Part shown: in pieces, positions 36,798 to 50,500 of the stretch
Layout of the letters: each line of letters opens with the position of its first letter
Position numbering within the stretch: the stretch's first letter is position 1
Source: Lama guanicoe
Lineage: Eukaryota
Assembly (NCBI GenBank): GCA_013239625.1
Contig: MU053136.1
Coordinates: forward strand, 700,017 to 764,016
Direction of reading: 5' to 3'
DNA: 64,000 bases
Program-made: the position numbers and the translations under genes
Notes under the pieces: model-generated
What the model was told of the DNA's origin: nothing
The model's database searches: none
Seen by the model: only the letters and a program-made list of their open reading frames with translations

Positions 36798-37844
36798 GTG
36801 GGATGAATTGCCTTCTTCGGCTTTCTCAGTTTATCTTTTTTCCTCCTCTTTCTCCCGCAGGCATCTGACAGTTATTAGGGACCCTGTTGTTGAGATAGGG
36901 TGGAGAGATGATGTTGAGAAAGGGGCTGGGGCTGTAGCTCAGCGGGACTGGAGCTGCTGGTCTGCCTGGTTTGGTCTGCCTGCATGAAGAGGTGATTTCC
37001 CAAGGAAGTTTTCTCTCCTCAAAACTAACAGGGATGGCAGAGGTGGGGGTTGCAATAGGAGGTCAGGGAGGGAACTTGTGTTCTGAAGGTCCAAACCTTT
37101 AAAGATGGAGTTGCACCTCTGGGACTTCAGTGGTCCTAACCATCAGCTCCTACAGAAATGTGAGCGTATTTCTTGTTGGGATCAGGCTGGGAAGACGGGA
37201 GCGGGAACAGGAAGTTGGACTCCCTGAGCTCTCCTAGATTGCATCAGGCTAGACAGCAGGGGAGGGATCTGTCCTCTTCCTCACACCATGATGGATTTTG
37301 GGTCGACCTCAGGGTAGGTGTCCACATCAGAGTGGCTGCTCTTACTGGGAAAGGAGGCTGTGGATTAGGGCTGGGCTAGGGCTGCTTGGGAACCTGCCCA
37401 GGGAGCTACCCACACCCAGAACGTAGGTGCAGGAATGGGAGGAGCAGGTGGCTCTGTTGCGGAAGCAGCAGCCTGGGAGAAGGCCTGGCTCCCAAGGGAA
37501 CCACCCTGGGGTCTGTGCACACAGGTCGGGGCAGGAGAGCTCGCTCCTTGGCATTTCCACTAGATCAATGTTCCATATATTTTACTTATTTTTCTCATTT
37601 ATTGTCTATTTCTCCCACCAGAATAAAGCCTCCAGGGGTAGAGGCAGAACATTTTATCTCTTTTATTTACTACCTATCCGTAGTACTTAGATCAGTGTTT
37701 GGCATCTAGTGAGGAACTCAGTAAGTATTTGTTGAATAAACTAAGGAATGAATATTTCAGCAAGAGTGAATTTCTTTCTTCAACAGGCTGTCTCTGCCCA
37801 GTGTCCTACATTCGGCCTTGAGCCACTTATGTTAATGACTCGTT

Positions 37845-38935
37845 AGGTATGTGAGTTTCCTCTTGCTGCTGTAATAAATTCACGCAAACTTAGTGGCTTG
37901 AACCTGCACAAATAGTTCCGGAAGTCAGAAGTCCCAAACAGTCTCAATGGGCGAAAATCAAGGGAAGAATCCATTTCTTGGCCTTTTCCAGCTTCTAGAG
38001 GCTGCCTGCATTCCTTGGCTCACTACCCTCTTCTTCCATTTTCAAGGCCAGCAAGGATGGGCTGAGTCTTTTTCATGCTGCCGTCTCTCTGGTTCTCTGT
38101 CTTCTGGTTGCCTCTATTGCTGGTAGATACAACCGGTGTTCCAAGTTCTTGCCCCGTCCCAGAAAGGATTCAGAGGCAAGATGTAGTGGTTAAAAAAAGT
38201 AAAGTGAGGATTTATTAAAAGATGGATAGTACACTGTCAAGGGGAGAGCAGGCAGGCTCAGGGGAGCGGCTGCCCTGTGTTTCTTTGGTAAGTTAGTTAC
38301 ATAGGGTGTAAAAATGAATGGGTGGAATATTCATTGAGGAGGGAAGAGCTTGGGGTCATATTTCCTGATTATTATCCCAACTCCACCTTCCCAAAGGGAG
38401 GAGGGATTTTTGTCCTTATTAGTCGGAAGTGTCATGGCATTGTTGCATGATGGGGACTTCTGACCTGCAAGGCTAATTTTATTGACATGAGGGCATAATG
38501 AGCAAAAGGTTACATATGGGCACTGAGAATTCCTGCCTTTTCTCACCTTTCTTTGTTGGTCTCCAGGCCAAAAGGTGTGGCCCCTTATCAGCCCAAAGGT
38601 TCCTGCTTTTCTTTCTCTGCCCAGGGACCCCCGGTGCTTACATGATGTGTAGTTTCCTGCATTTGGCCTGTGCCCCTCCTTGCTGCCCAGTTCCTGCCAT
38701 TTGGTCTGTGTCCCCCTTTCTCTGCTCACATCTAGCTCTCTGCCTGCTCTGACACCTCTTCCACTTAGAAAGACCTTTGTGATTATATTGGGCTCATCAG
38801 GCTAATCCAGGATAATCGTCCCATTGCAAGGTCAGCTGCTTAGCAATTTTAATTTCATCGGCTACCTTAAGTCCTCTTTCCCATGTAACCCCCCATATTC
38901 CCGGATTCCAGGGACTAGTATGGAGACCTCTCTGG
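37845..38935. mobile_element. MLT1-like (MaLR) LTR split by a younger ERV1-type solo LTR (38115-38754, TSD CCTC)
   Basis: MLT-like sequence on both sides; inner element ends ...ctctgaCA and is flanked by CCTC at 38111-38114 and 38755-38758. Confidence 0.7.
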
Positions 38936-40109
38936 TGGGCCGCTGGTCTAAGATGCACTGGGAAATGGCGGGGGAAGGGGTTTTTACTTCCTTTTTTGAT
39001 GCCCCTGAGAGTCCCAGGGCATGACAAGTTGACACAGCCCTAAAGCTGTTCGCGCTGCTCTGAAAGTTCTCTAGCTGCTCTTTGCAGAGAGAAAATCAAG
39101 GTTGTCCTGGATCACCAGCAGACCGAACTATTTACCAAGGATGATCAGAGATAGCAGCAACTGTGTCCCTTCTCCATGGGCGGAGACCACTCGAGTTTTA
39201 CAGTCTTTGGGTCTCAGGAGCTCATTTCCCCCCCTGTAAGACAAGAGAGTCCCCGCTAGCTGGGAAGGTTCTGAGTCCTGCCAGCTGGTCTCCTGGGGTC
39301 TCGCTAATTGTAGGAAAGCAGGAAGATAGAGTGGGGACACAGCCTGTGTGGGGACCCCAGGCCTTGGGGAAGGAGTGAACCATGATTGGTGTTTACATCC
39401 AGAATTGCCTGAAAGAGTATCCTGAGGCTAAGGAGTCCAAGGCAGGGTGGTGGGATGGGGGAGGGGAAGGGAAGGACCCCCAGCCCCTCCCCCAAGTGGA
39501 ATTTTACCTGGAAGCCAATATGTTAAACAAATGAAAGCTGAGGTTCTCCTGCATCTCCCTTCCTCAGCAGTTTATGGGGTTCAGCCTGGAAAGCTCTGAG
39601 GACTGCAAACCACAGGCTGGAAACAACTGCTCTAATCCAGTCAACAAAAGACCTAAGATCCAGGGAGGGAAAATGACTTGTCCAAGGCTGGAGGTAGAAC
39701 CAGGACTAGAACTTGAGGCTCTTCAAGTCTGGCCCCTGCAGAGCTGAAAGACGATGCATAGCATTATTTCTCTCCATTTATACCAACTCAATTTAAATAT
39801 CTTAAAGAGAGCCTTTTCCACATTTTTCTATAATTATTTTATTTAAATATTTTTTATATTTGTTTGTAATTATTACTTATTTCTTCTCTGGTTTGTGAGC
39901 TCCTTGAGGGATAAGACCCTGTTTTGTTCATTTTGTGTGTCTAGCACATTCCTCTGTAACTGACAGAGAATAGATGCATGCATGCATGAATGTGTGACTG
40001 GATGAATGAATGAATGGAGTGATTTTGGTGACGTAAAGTGGAGTTGGTTTCTTATATTCAGGTGAGTAGGGAGGGGGAAGCACAATGTGGGAAGGAATTC
40101 AAATATTAA

Positions 40110-40706
<597 letters not shown>

Positions 40707-41373
40707 TGACGGGGCTCTGGTGCCAAACGACTCCGGGTGGCAGTCCTGGGGGTTTCACTTCAGGAAGAGAGGGCTGGATGAGGGCACCCTGTGGGCAGGG
40801 GAGTTCTGGAGAGAAGATGCTGAAACAGTAGCAGGAGGAAGGCTAGACCTCAGGGGGCCTTCCCCGAGGGCCCAGAGAAGAAGGGATGAGAGAAGCGGTG
40901 GGGCGGTGATGGGCAGCCTTCCCTTGAGCTGCCCCAGAATGAACAACACCCTGTCTGGGCTTGTGGAACTAGGAGGCACAGTCCCCCAGACAGACAGAGC
41001 AGCCTAGGAGCAGACACGCCGTGGGTGGCCCTAGGGAGGATGCAGGGCTTGCACAGACCCCATCGCTCCTTTGCCACCTGGGTGTTGGGGTGGGGCTGAG
41101 TGGGAGGGACCAGGTGAGAGCAAGGCTTCTCAGGTCTAGATTCTCTGGAACTTCCTCCCGGCTGGGCTTGCCTATTGTGAATTGCCCGGAAATAGGCTTG
41201 GAGAAGGGCTTATGTGCATGCAGAGCCCGGCCTGGTGCAGGGGTGGAGGGAGCATCTCCAGGCTCCTGATCTCCAAGGGGAGATTGGCTCCTTTAGAGGT
41301 GTCAGAAGTGACTTTCCCTGATGATCCTTTGTCATGGTGGAGGCCCAGACTGAGTCCAGCTCTTCTTTCCCAG

Positions 41374-41537
41374 GCGTGAGCTCCACTACTTCGGGGTGAA
41401 AGTCTGCATCATTGAGCCGGGGAACTACCGGACATCCATTCTGGGCAAGGAGGGCCTGGAGGGGCACGTGCGCAAGCTATGGAAGCGCCTGCCCCAGGAG
41501 ACGCGCGAGAGCTATGGCGAGGAGTACTTCCGTAACT
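41374..41537 (+). CDS. SDR9C7: SDR9C7 exon 3
   Basis: 164 nt, [20 protein letters not shown]..., donor GTGAGT. Confidence 0.94.
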
Positions 41538-41992
41538 GTGAGTGTCCCAGGAGGGAAAGGGGTCTTTGAGGGGGATGGGGAGGTCTTGGGGGTCACTGAT
41601 CCACTTTTACAGATGATGGGATGGAGGCTGGTAGGGGTTATGAGTCCAAGGCCACACAGCTGGTGGCATAGTTGGGATTTGAGAACTGCGGGGAGTGGCA
41701 GAACCATAGCTGTGGGAAGGTGGGGGTGTTTGGAGAGATGTGGCCCAGGAATGCTGCCCACCCCTGGCCCCCGGCCTGCGGCCCACGGCCCGCGGCCCCC
41801 GAACATCAGTGTGCAGGTGACTCAGGTGAAAATGCACTGATGTGAGTACAGAGAAGTTATAAAGAGCACAGCTGCTTGAGCCAGACTGCCTGGGTTTGAA
41901 TCCTGGCTCTGCCACCGAGGGGCTAGGAGACTTTGGGAATGTTCCCTAGTCACTGCATGCCTTAGTTTTTTCATCTATAAAATGGAGCTAAT

Positions 41993-42470
41993 TGTTACCA
42001 GCCAGAGTCCTTGGACTCCTTAATCAGTAGAAATTGATAAGAGGCCGAATGAGGAACGCAGGCAAGGCTTTACTGGAACTCGTGCGGCAGCACGAGGGAC
42101 TGAAAACGAGTAACAGGTGTCCTTGTTTCCTCCACGAAGAAGTGTTGAGCTGGTCCCTGAAAAGGGACGAGGTGGGTTGGGCCACGGCCACCATAGCAGG
42201 GAAGGGGGGAGGGGTGGCCTAGGTGGTCGGCCCACCCCCTTGGGGAGGCCGCGGGCGGGGATTGTGCACGGTACTCTGCTTTTGCTCTGGGCGACTCAGA
42301 AGGGCAGTTGGGTTTTGGCATTTTTGTATCTTGTTGTTCCTACTGTGTTCCAAGGGCGCACATGTGCAGTTATTTTCAGTCCCCTTCTATTTGTATTCTG
42401 CTGCTCCAGGAGGCATCTGTCCAGGTGCAAGCCCCGCAGTAAAGGGTCCCAGGTCTCAGTCTGCCTCACA
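41993..42470. mobile_element. Solo LTR inserted in a MIR
   Basis: TGTTACC...CCTCACA termini; MIR sequence before (41870-41990) resumes after 42470. Confidence 0.65.
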
Positions 42471-43669
42471 GTGATAGTGCCTACCTCACGGGGCTGCTGT
42501 GAGGATTACTGTCTGTGGAGTATCCTGCACACACTCAGTGCTAACCAGTCCGGAAGAGAAGAAGCACGCGCGAGGATTTGCAAGGAAGGGGCTTTAGGCA
42601 GCTCTGCTTCTCCCGGAGCTAAGGGCCTCCTCTGACTCTCAGGTGTTTTTCAAGAGCGCTGGAGGGACATCACAGCTGCCGACTGTACTGTCCCAAACGG
42701 TGCGGTTCTTCCAGTTCGAGGGATGCATGGCGCCCCGGCCGTGGGGGAACGAGAGGTGGGGTGGCCTGCAGGCGCAGCGGAGGAGGGCCTGGTCAGCCTT
42801 GTGGTAGGAGAGAGAAGCCCCCTGGGGGGCCAGAAGGCCCCACGCTCTCAGAGCGCCTAGTCCCGAGGCAGAGCCAGCTGGTTTCAGGAGAGGATGAGCC
42901 ATCCGTGAGACTCCATAGTTCTCTCCATTTCTCTGGCTCCAAGAGCCTGGAGGGAGAGCAGCCCCTCAGGGCCACCCCTGCGGCTGCCCTTGTGTGGGGC
43001 AGAAATGGGGGCGGAGTGGGCGGCTGGCACTCTGCTGGCTCAGGAGGACTCCTTGGGCGGAGTGAAGCCGCCAGGCTCTCAGCCGCGGCCTGTTCCCTTC
43101 AGGCCTCCGCGGTCTGGTCACACCTTCCCCTGACCCAGAGTCTTTTCCCCTCTCTTTTACTCGGCTTCCATCAGCGTCCTCGAGAGACACTTTCCTGTCG
43201 TGGTTAAGCTCTTAGACACTGAAACTAGGCTGTCTGAGTGTAAATTTCAGCTCCCTTGCTTGCCTTAGGCCAGTCACTCAGTTTTCTCATCTGCAATGGG
43301 TTATGAGAAGGAATGAGTCAATATATGTGAAGTGCTTAGAATATTATCTCCTTCCTGGTAATAACAATTTGATCTAAAAGTCTGTTGTTTTTATCTTCCC
43401 TTAGAGCGTGGCCTCCTTTTCTCTATTACATTGGTGCCTGCAAGCTCTAAGTTCTTGTGTTGCAAAGAGAGATTCTTAGCTAGTATTCATCCACATTCCA
43501 AAGTGATGAATTTTAAAACATACCCAGAAAATCTGGATGAGCTAAATGTAACCACTCAGTCAAATTCCTGGCAGGTGTCTAAATGTCCTGGGTGGCAGGG
43601 GTGCTTATTTCAGTGACATGCTGTCTTGGATCTCATACAACAGAGTAGAAAGCCAAGATACCAAACCAT

Positions 43670-44480
43670 GACAGCCATGTGTCCACTTAATGCACATTTT
43701 ATTGACAGCCTACTACATGCCAGGCCCTGGGTGGGGCTGACAGTGGACAAAGCAGCCGGGCACACAGCCGGCTGCCTGTAGCTTATGGCCCAGTGGAGGA
43801 GACAGACCTTAATAAAAACAGACATGCCTAATGACAAACGTGGATAAGCACTGTGGAGAGAAGAAACGCAGGGCTATGAGAAAAGAATGGGGTTAGGAGT
43901 AGGGCCCCAGTTTCGCTTATGGTGTAGGGAGGGCTTCTCTGAAAAGAAGCAGGTCCTCTGACTTTGAAGAAGAATTAGTCAGGCACTGCTGGCAAGTAGA
44001 AAGGGGAAATAAGCAGGTAAGTTTTTTCAGGAAGGCCCTGAGGCAGGAAACTCTTTAGAGGAATTTTAAAGATGCGAGAGGGTGGGGAGCAGTGTAGGGG
44101 AACAGTGCGGGGGAGCAGAGGAGACACAGGGTGAACTAGAGCTTCAAGGCACACTGAGGATGGAGGATGTGATCTGACTTGTGACTGGGAAAGACTGCTC
44201 TGGTTGCTGCAGTATTCCAGGCTAGACATGTCAGTGGTCTGGACTAGAGAGAAGCAGAGGGGATGGAAAGAAGTTGATAGCTGCCAGGTGTATGTTAGGC
44301 TTGCTGGTCCCCAGAGGGAGAGGAAGCAATCCAGGATGAATGCTAGGTATAGTGCAAGGAACCTGGTAGATGGAGGCATCATTCTTTCATTGATTTAGGG
44401 AAGAGTCAGGGAAAAGCCTTTGGAGAAGTGTTCCTTGGGGAAAGTAATCTTATAGTTTTGGGCATATTAGAATTCTGTGA
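43670..44480. mobile_element. L2 fragments
   Basis: catttattgacagcctactacatgccagg and purine-rich L2-like tracts; boundaries approximate. Confidence 0.5.
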
Positions 44481-44504
44481 GGAGAAAAAAGTACTAAGGG
44501 TTTA

Positions 44505-45050
44505 CATCAGTTGGGACGTTCTTGGTTACAAGTGACAGAAAAGCCAACCCAAATTATTTAAACAGAAAAGGAATTTCTTGACACAACTAAAATGTTCAAG
44601 GATACGGGCTTCAGGCACAGCCTGATCCAGTCCACAAAGGATCTTGTTAGGACCTGGTTTCACCTTATTTCTTGGTTCTGCTTCTTTTATCATGGCTCCA
44701 GTCTCACAAGCTCTCTTCTCTATGAGGGTCACGTGGCTGCAGCACCTCCTCATCTCTTCCCAGGATAATCCTTTCCAGTAGCTCCCCGAAAAGGTCCAAG
44801 ACTTACTCTGAATTGGTGGGCCAATGATGGCAGGGGCAGAGGGAACTGCAGGATGTACTCCACCCTGAGTCCATCACTGTGCCTAGGGGAATGTGAAGAT
44901 CTAATTGGCTTAGTGTGGGTCATGTGCTCTGCCCAGACCAAAGGACTCTGAATGGGAGCGGCATGGATCCCCAGAGAGAAATCTGTAGCTGTTACTCTAA
45001 ACAAAAGGAACAGATGTTGGAAGGGTCAGGGGTTATAATATATGTCCTCT
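44505..45050. mobile_element. MLT1-like LTR
   Basis: ttggttacaagtgacagaaaagccaacccaaa...ggcttcaggcacagcctgatccag...aattggcttagtgtgggtcatgtgc. Confidence 0.6.
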
Positions 45051-47292
45051 GTGAGATCCCCCTAAAACTCGCCCTTAGCAAAGGGTAACCCAGATGATTT
45101 ATGGGGCCGCTATGAGGCTGGGGTGAAACGAAGGTTCAGCTGGTGTTTGGGAACCTCACAAAGGCATTTTCTAAGTAAAGTGGCAAAATGAGGCGGAAGT
45201 TGTAGAGCCCTTAGTGAGGTCCATAAAAGAATATGTAGAAAGCAAAACTTCCTCCTGAAACTGCTGTCAAAAAGCTGATGCTGCCCTTTTGAAGAATAGT
45301 AAGGATTGGGTTTACAAAATACAGTAGGCGGGTTCCCCTGTAGCCCGCTCCATAATTTCAGAGGAAAATTTTAGGCAGACATTTGACTACTTTGAGATGA
45401 AAAATTTTCCAAGTGATCAGACTCTAATTTTCACTTCAGTTTTTCTAGTGTTTCCTGGGATACACAGACGAGACAAGATCTCTGGGAATCTAGCAGGGGA
45501 GATCCAAGAGCAGGTGCAAGGCCACACTGAGAATTGTCCAACAGCAGGCATGCATACAAAACAAAGCAGCGGTGCAGGGACTTACTTCTGCTGTCACAGG
45601 AGCCTTCACAGAGGTGACCGTTGATGCCTTAGTGAGTTCTGAAGGATGAAGAGGAGATCACCAAAGAGGGAAAAGGTGGCAGGTGTTTTCCACAGAGGGA
45701 AGAGCAGGAGCAGCGGTTTGGAGACCTGACGGCACCGTGTGCTTTTGAAGGCGGTGTGGATTCGAGGTGTAAATTACAGCCGTACCTCTAACCATGTTAC
45801 ACAGCTCTCTACACTTGTTCCTTCATAGTCAAGTACAAGGATCCCTCTCTTGTGGGCTGTGAGGAGGACTGAACAAGAAAGTAAAGTACTCCGCTCAGCC
45901 ACTTAATAAGAGCTCAACAAACCTTAGCTGTCCTTGCAATGACCAGCCCGGCTCAAGTGAAGGATGGGGGGTGGGGTTGAGGGACGAGGCTGGGAGACAT
46001 CAGGAGTCAGATCAGAAAAGGCTCTGATGCTCCACTGAGAAGTGAGGCTGTCATCCTGGCGGCCTTCGGAGAGCCTTTCACATGGCTCTGAAGTCACCTG
46101 ATCGGATTTGTTTGCGTGGGAAGGATAAGGGGGAGCTGTGAGACCAGCTGGGAAGCAGCCACAGAAACTCAGCGAAGGAATGGGAAAGGCATGAAGTTAA
46201 AGGTCTTGGTCATTGTGGGAAGTTTGTGTGTATGTGGGGTAGTGTTTGGGGGGTGGGAGTGCCGAGTGCTGTGGAGTCAGACTGAAGAAATATTCAGGAG
46301 TAATCATATAGCGCCACTGGACACAAACTCAAGCAAGTTCTTGTGGCCAACAAAACAGGCCCCTGGCTCGTGAACCCTGGGGCCGGGGCAGGTATCTTGG
46401 AGTGATTTTTGGCTATGCCCCAAATAGAACCATATTGGATGTGGCTAGTTAATAGCAATCTAACATACACACATTCCCAGTGAAGCAGCAAGCAGGGTCA
46501 CCGGGACAGGCATGTGAACAGGACAAAGTATTCTTGTCTTCACAGGCCTGGACTCGAGCCTGGTTTGGTTAGCAAGGCTTCGGAGCAACACAGCCACCTG
46601 CCAAGCTTCCTTCTTTATCTCAGTCCTGCTGGGGAAGCTACCCCATATTCACCTTTTAGTCCTCTTTCTTCCTAGGGAGGGACTAGGACTATTGGATCCA
46701 TACCAAGTGCCAAAGCCCGATCCCTGCTATTTCGTAGACTTCATTTTGCTTAATTCTCACAATAGTGCAAACGTTTCCTCGATGCCCAGAGGCAAGGTCC
46801 ACGTTCTTCCTCGTTGTCCTGGAGAGTGACGAGCTAAACGGGTACCTCTGTCTCCCTCTTCCTTGTTTCCTTCCAATTTCTTCTGTGCACTTACATGTAT
46901 TTGCTTTCTATCCTCTCTCCTCCACTGTCTGCCCTGCTAGTATTCATCTTGGTTATTCTCTACAGCAGATATTATTATACGCATTTTATAGATGATGACA
47001 GTTTAAGCTCAAGGTCACACAACTAGTAAGTGGTAGAACGGGGCACAGTTCCTCTCATTGCTAGTCTAATGCAATAGTAGGAATTCAATACATAATTGTT
47101 GGACTCGAAATAGAAATGAGACTATTTACAGGGTGTTTGTGTAGGGGACAACCCGGAGACTGTGAGATCTTCCTGAAGTGTTAGATCAGTGATCTGATAG
47201 AAAGGGAGCTTGGATGGAATTCAGAAGAAGCCATCTTTAATGAAGAGTAATAGAGTCTTTGATTTTTTTCCCCTTCTTGTACCTTCAAACAG

Positions 47293-47510
47293 ATATTGCC
47301 AAGGTAAGAAACATGGTGCAGTCGGCAGAGCCAAGGATCAGAGAAGTCACCAACAGCATGGAACATGCCATTGTCTCCCGGAGCCCTCGCATCCGCTACA
47401 ACCCTGGCCTGGATGCCAAACTCCTCTACCTTCCCTTGGCTAAGTTGCCCACCCCTGTGACAGACTTCATCCTGAGCCGGTACCTTCCAAGGCCAGCAGA
47501 CAGCGTCTGA
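47293..47510 (+). CDS. SDR9C7: SDR9C7 exon 4
   Basis: 218 nt to TGA: ...[51 protein letters not shown]; spliced CDS 942 nt. Confidence 0.94.
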
Positions 47511-50500
47511 GCAGGGGAAGCCCAAGGGGTGGTCAGTGGAGTATAGAGGAGGGAGCGGAGTATAGTGGAGGGGGAGAGAAGGCACTGTTGGGTCACAGAA
47601 GTTGTACCAGATGTTCTTGGGGGACGCTCTGCTTGGCTGACACCCTACTCACTGCTGGTGAATTTCTGGGTAACTTCTAACAGAAGATGAATGCCTCGTT
47701 CCACTCACTGGGGCCTCACGGAAACTTGAGGTGGTCTTTGCAGGTTCAAAGACCTGAAGCGTGGCCCCAAGAGCATCTGTCACCCTGTTAGTTACGGCTT
47801 TCTCCAGACCTGGAAAAGTCAAGGAGAGGAAAACTAGCTCCTGCTGGACCATGAGCCTCTCTCCATTGTCACCGCCACTGGGAACCTTGGTGGGGTAATC
47901 CACCCCAGGAGAACTGAACCACTTTTCTGTTGTGTCTCCAAATATGCATTAACCTCATTCACATAACCCATTATTTGAAGTATGCAGAAAACGGAGTGCA
48001 AGATTATATCAGGCAAAAGTTTATAATTGTATTTTCTCTCTCTTTTATGGATTTCTCTATCCATAGGTGATTGGAATTCACATGAAATAACATTCATTTA
48101 TTTAATCATCATTGATTAATTCTTCAAGTATTTGATGAGTGCCTGGTACACACCAGGTATTGTGTAGGTGCTGGAAGGATATAAAGATGATTGAATCATG
48201 GTCTTGGTTTTTTACTCTTTATTTTGTGGTTTTGTTTTTGTTTATTAGCACAATATCTAGTAGCAGAGATAAGGCAGTGATAGAAGAAACAGAGATCAGA
48301 AAAAAATAAAATTTTAAGAGCTGTGAGGAACCATGGATATTATCTAATTCAGCAGTTCCCAAATTTGGCCATCTATCATAATCATCTGGTTAATTAAAAC
48401 ACAGATTCCTGGGCCTCGGTGTTAGAAAATCTGATACATTAGGCTTGGGATAGGGCCCAGAAATCTGGATTAGTGACAACAACCTAGATGGTTCTGAGGC
48501 ATCTGGGCACCTGGGAACTGCTGACCGTTCCACAGAAGCCAGCTCAGAGGAAGAAGTGAGTTACCTGAGGCTCCCCAGTGTAGCGGCCATGGCAGAGCTC
48601 AGGTGGTCAGACTCTCAGACTAAGGCTTTAGTTATAGGGGGAGAAATTTCTGAAATTAGTAACATTGTGAAATAAATCATGAACTAAATTGTTTTTTTTC
48701 CAACCCACAAACTTCTGAGCCATATAAAGTTCTATTGAAAAGACTTTTTTGATTTTGAGAAATGGTCAAATGTGAATTTTTTAAATTAAAATGTCTTTAA
48801 TTTGTATCTCTCAACATTCAGTTGAGCTTGAAAATAATAACATGTAACTTATTTACAGCTACAAAAGACCCCTTTTCCAAATAAGGTAACAGTCATAGAT
48901 TCCAAGGATTAGGACGTGGACTTCCCTTTTGGGGGCCACCAAACAACCCCACTAAGTCTGTTGTTATTTGCATCACTTCTATCCCTGGCACCAAATTTTG
49001 TGTCGGGTAGGATGCACTGAGCAGCAAGCAACAGAAAATCAATTCACATTGGCTTAAACAACAAAGAAAGAGTTGGGGTAGGACCCCATAGCTGAATGAG
49101 AACTACATCAGCTTTCCATTTCTTTGCTCTGCTATTCATAGTTTAGTCTTTATCCTAAATTCACCACCTTTATTGTTGTGGCATGACTGCCAGTGGCAAT
49201 GGGAATTCTGTGTTTCCTCATTCACAACTCATAGGAGAAGAAAGAACCTATCTTTCCATGACACTAAAGATTGAAGAAGTTTCTTTCCCAGAGCCCTCAC
49301 CAAGGCTTTCCTTGAATCCCATTGACCCAAATTGGCTTAGGTTTGTCCACCCATGAACCAATCACTGACAAGGGGGTAAATTGCCATGAATTATTTAGAT
49401 TAATCACGGGACAGAATGGGAATGCTGGAGAGTCAGTCATGGTGCCCTTTGCCCTGGAAAATTCAAAACTCAGAGTCCATGCTATTAAGAAGGTTACATC
49501 TAAGTCAAAAATAAATTTTCTTTGTTGAAGACACAAAAATTTACTAGGAGGAATAGCCATACTACCTACGGCTAGGTAATATTTTGGGATATTAATTTAC
49601 ATATTTTCATTGCTCCTTGGTTTCCTATTTCCCCCTTCCCCTCTCAAGTAGGGGACCGACTTGGTGCTTCTTTACCTAGAGTGAGATATTTAACAGAATA
49701 GAAAAAGTGTATTTCCTGTAGTTCTTCCAGATTTCATTTCTCCCAGCCTTAATATCTTTAGAGAAATTATAGGATTTAAGGAAAGAAGCAAAAGGGAATG
49801 TGACTTGTGGGTGTATACAATGCCTCAGAGAAGCAGGGCCTTTCCCCTAAGACAGAGTCACGCCGGTGAATTCTGATGAGAGAATAGGGTAAGGTTTGGA
49901 GCTTCCAGAGCAGGAGGGCCCAGGGCTCACTTTTTGTAAGTACATCAGGAGGTGACAAGACTCAGGAGACCCCCAGCTACATTGTAACGTGTAGGCAGGT
50001 GAAAGTCTGAGTGACCTCCATGTCGCACAGTGGCAGGAAGGCAAGTGAGGCTCACCAGATACTAAGGTCATGTAGACTGCGACAACAGAACATTTAAAAG
50101 GTAACCTATTCAGTTAGAAGACTCAAGTTTTTGCACTGAGGGCTAGTCCCCTACCCCACCATTAATAGTTGAGGTAGTTTCTGAATTTGTGGACTGAGAT
50201 GTGTATCTGTGCCAGTTGTACATTTTAGTTAATTTTGTATTCGGATCATAACTTTTCTTGTATAGCTTTTGTATTTTCCTAGAATTTTAAATTGCTTTTC
50301 CTTCTCTTATTCACTTATTTGGCCCCTTAAATTGTCTCCACATTTTTTAAGCAAGGAAGTAATGTAACTTGATTTAAATTGTTAAGAGGTCGCTGTAGGG
50401 CTCTGTGGAATGAGGGGGCAATGGTGGAAGCAAGAAGACCCCCAAGGAAACCATTGCATAATCCAGGCAAGAAATGATGGTGCCCTGGGTTAAAGTAGTA

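Noticed and set aside
36922..36945. GGGGCTGGGGCTGTAGCTCAGCGG, resembling a tRNA/SINE A box
   Set aside because: No B box or body follows; too short to call
42640..43120. CpG-enriched patch in SDR9C7 intron 3 as a possible exon or retrocopy
   Set aside because: No recognisable peptide, TSD or poly-A tail
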